64,000 bases of DNA from Takakia lepidozioides (taxonomy: Eukaryota; Plantae; Bryophyta). The stretch lies in NCBI GenBank assembly GCA_030704615.1, contig CM060731.1, forward strand, positions 41,478,001-41,542,000, written 5' to 3'. A program made the translations under genes and the position numbers. Position 1 is the stretch's first letter; each line of letters opens with the position of its first letter. Under the pieces are notes generated by a model. The model saw nothing but the letters and a program-made list of their open reading frames with translations. It was not told the DNA's origin and did no database searches. This document shows, one piece after another, positions 63,558 to 64,000 of this stretch.

Positions 63558-64000
63558 GAAATAAATTTTTCTTCTCTATATGGCCCTTCTTGTTTGCGTT
63601 GGGGGATCCTTTTTGTTATCTTCTTATGTCGCACTGAACCTCGAATGTCCAGTGGACGTTCTTGTCCTTTGTTTCTGGTTTGCTGGATGCTGGATTGCTG
63701 TACGTCATAGTCAACAAAGATGACCCTGTGGGGGAGTTTCGCCTACATAACATATAGATCACAAGAACAAAATGGGCGGGCACGACCACTGGAGTCTTCA
63801 AATTCGGTCAAAGAGGTTTTTAACAACGGAAGAAAATAGCCCATTTCCAGTCCTTCTCTGAAACATTGGACTTGCTTTTCACATAACCAATTCTCCCACT
63901 GAAGCCTCCCACTAGGATCGTTGTTGACATACAGTTTTTCAATTTGCCAGTCCTCAAGTTTTTTCTATGAGGTTTTCCTCCATTTTCCCTCTAAGCTCTA

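Overview
Eukaryotic nuclear DNA, most likely from a non-seed land plant (liverwort or moss). This is inferred from GT-AG introns, plant-type clathrin sequence and bryophyte-style gene families. All family assignments are by motif recognition, without database searches. The left half (about 1-34 kb) is a duplication-rich, immune-like cluster. It holds an RI-type LRR gene, an alpha/beta-hydrolase domain spliced onto a clathrin-heavy-chain fragment (plus a second broken clathrin copy), two inverted pseudogene copies of a helical-bundle kinase, a duplicated pair of small DUF7748-like genes, and a LINE with a 12-bp TSD and an internal inversion. The right half (about 37-64 kb) looks like a large nested DNA-transposon complex. 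It holds an intron-containing ParB-like + beta-class N4/N6 DNA methyltransferase gene cut by a CACTA end, a SET-domain gene, two FCP1-like HAD phosphatase domains and a core-deleted DUF7869/Sola-like transposase. A 28-bp palindrome occurs 4 times inside the methyltransferase gene and 12 times in an array upstream of the transposase. One exact bacterial parS-consensus 16-mer lies about 300 bp from that array. Most ORFs carry lesions, so these copies are probably largely degraded.
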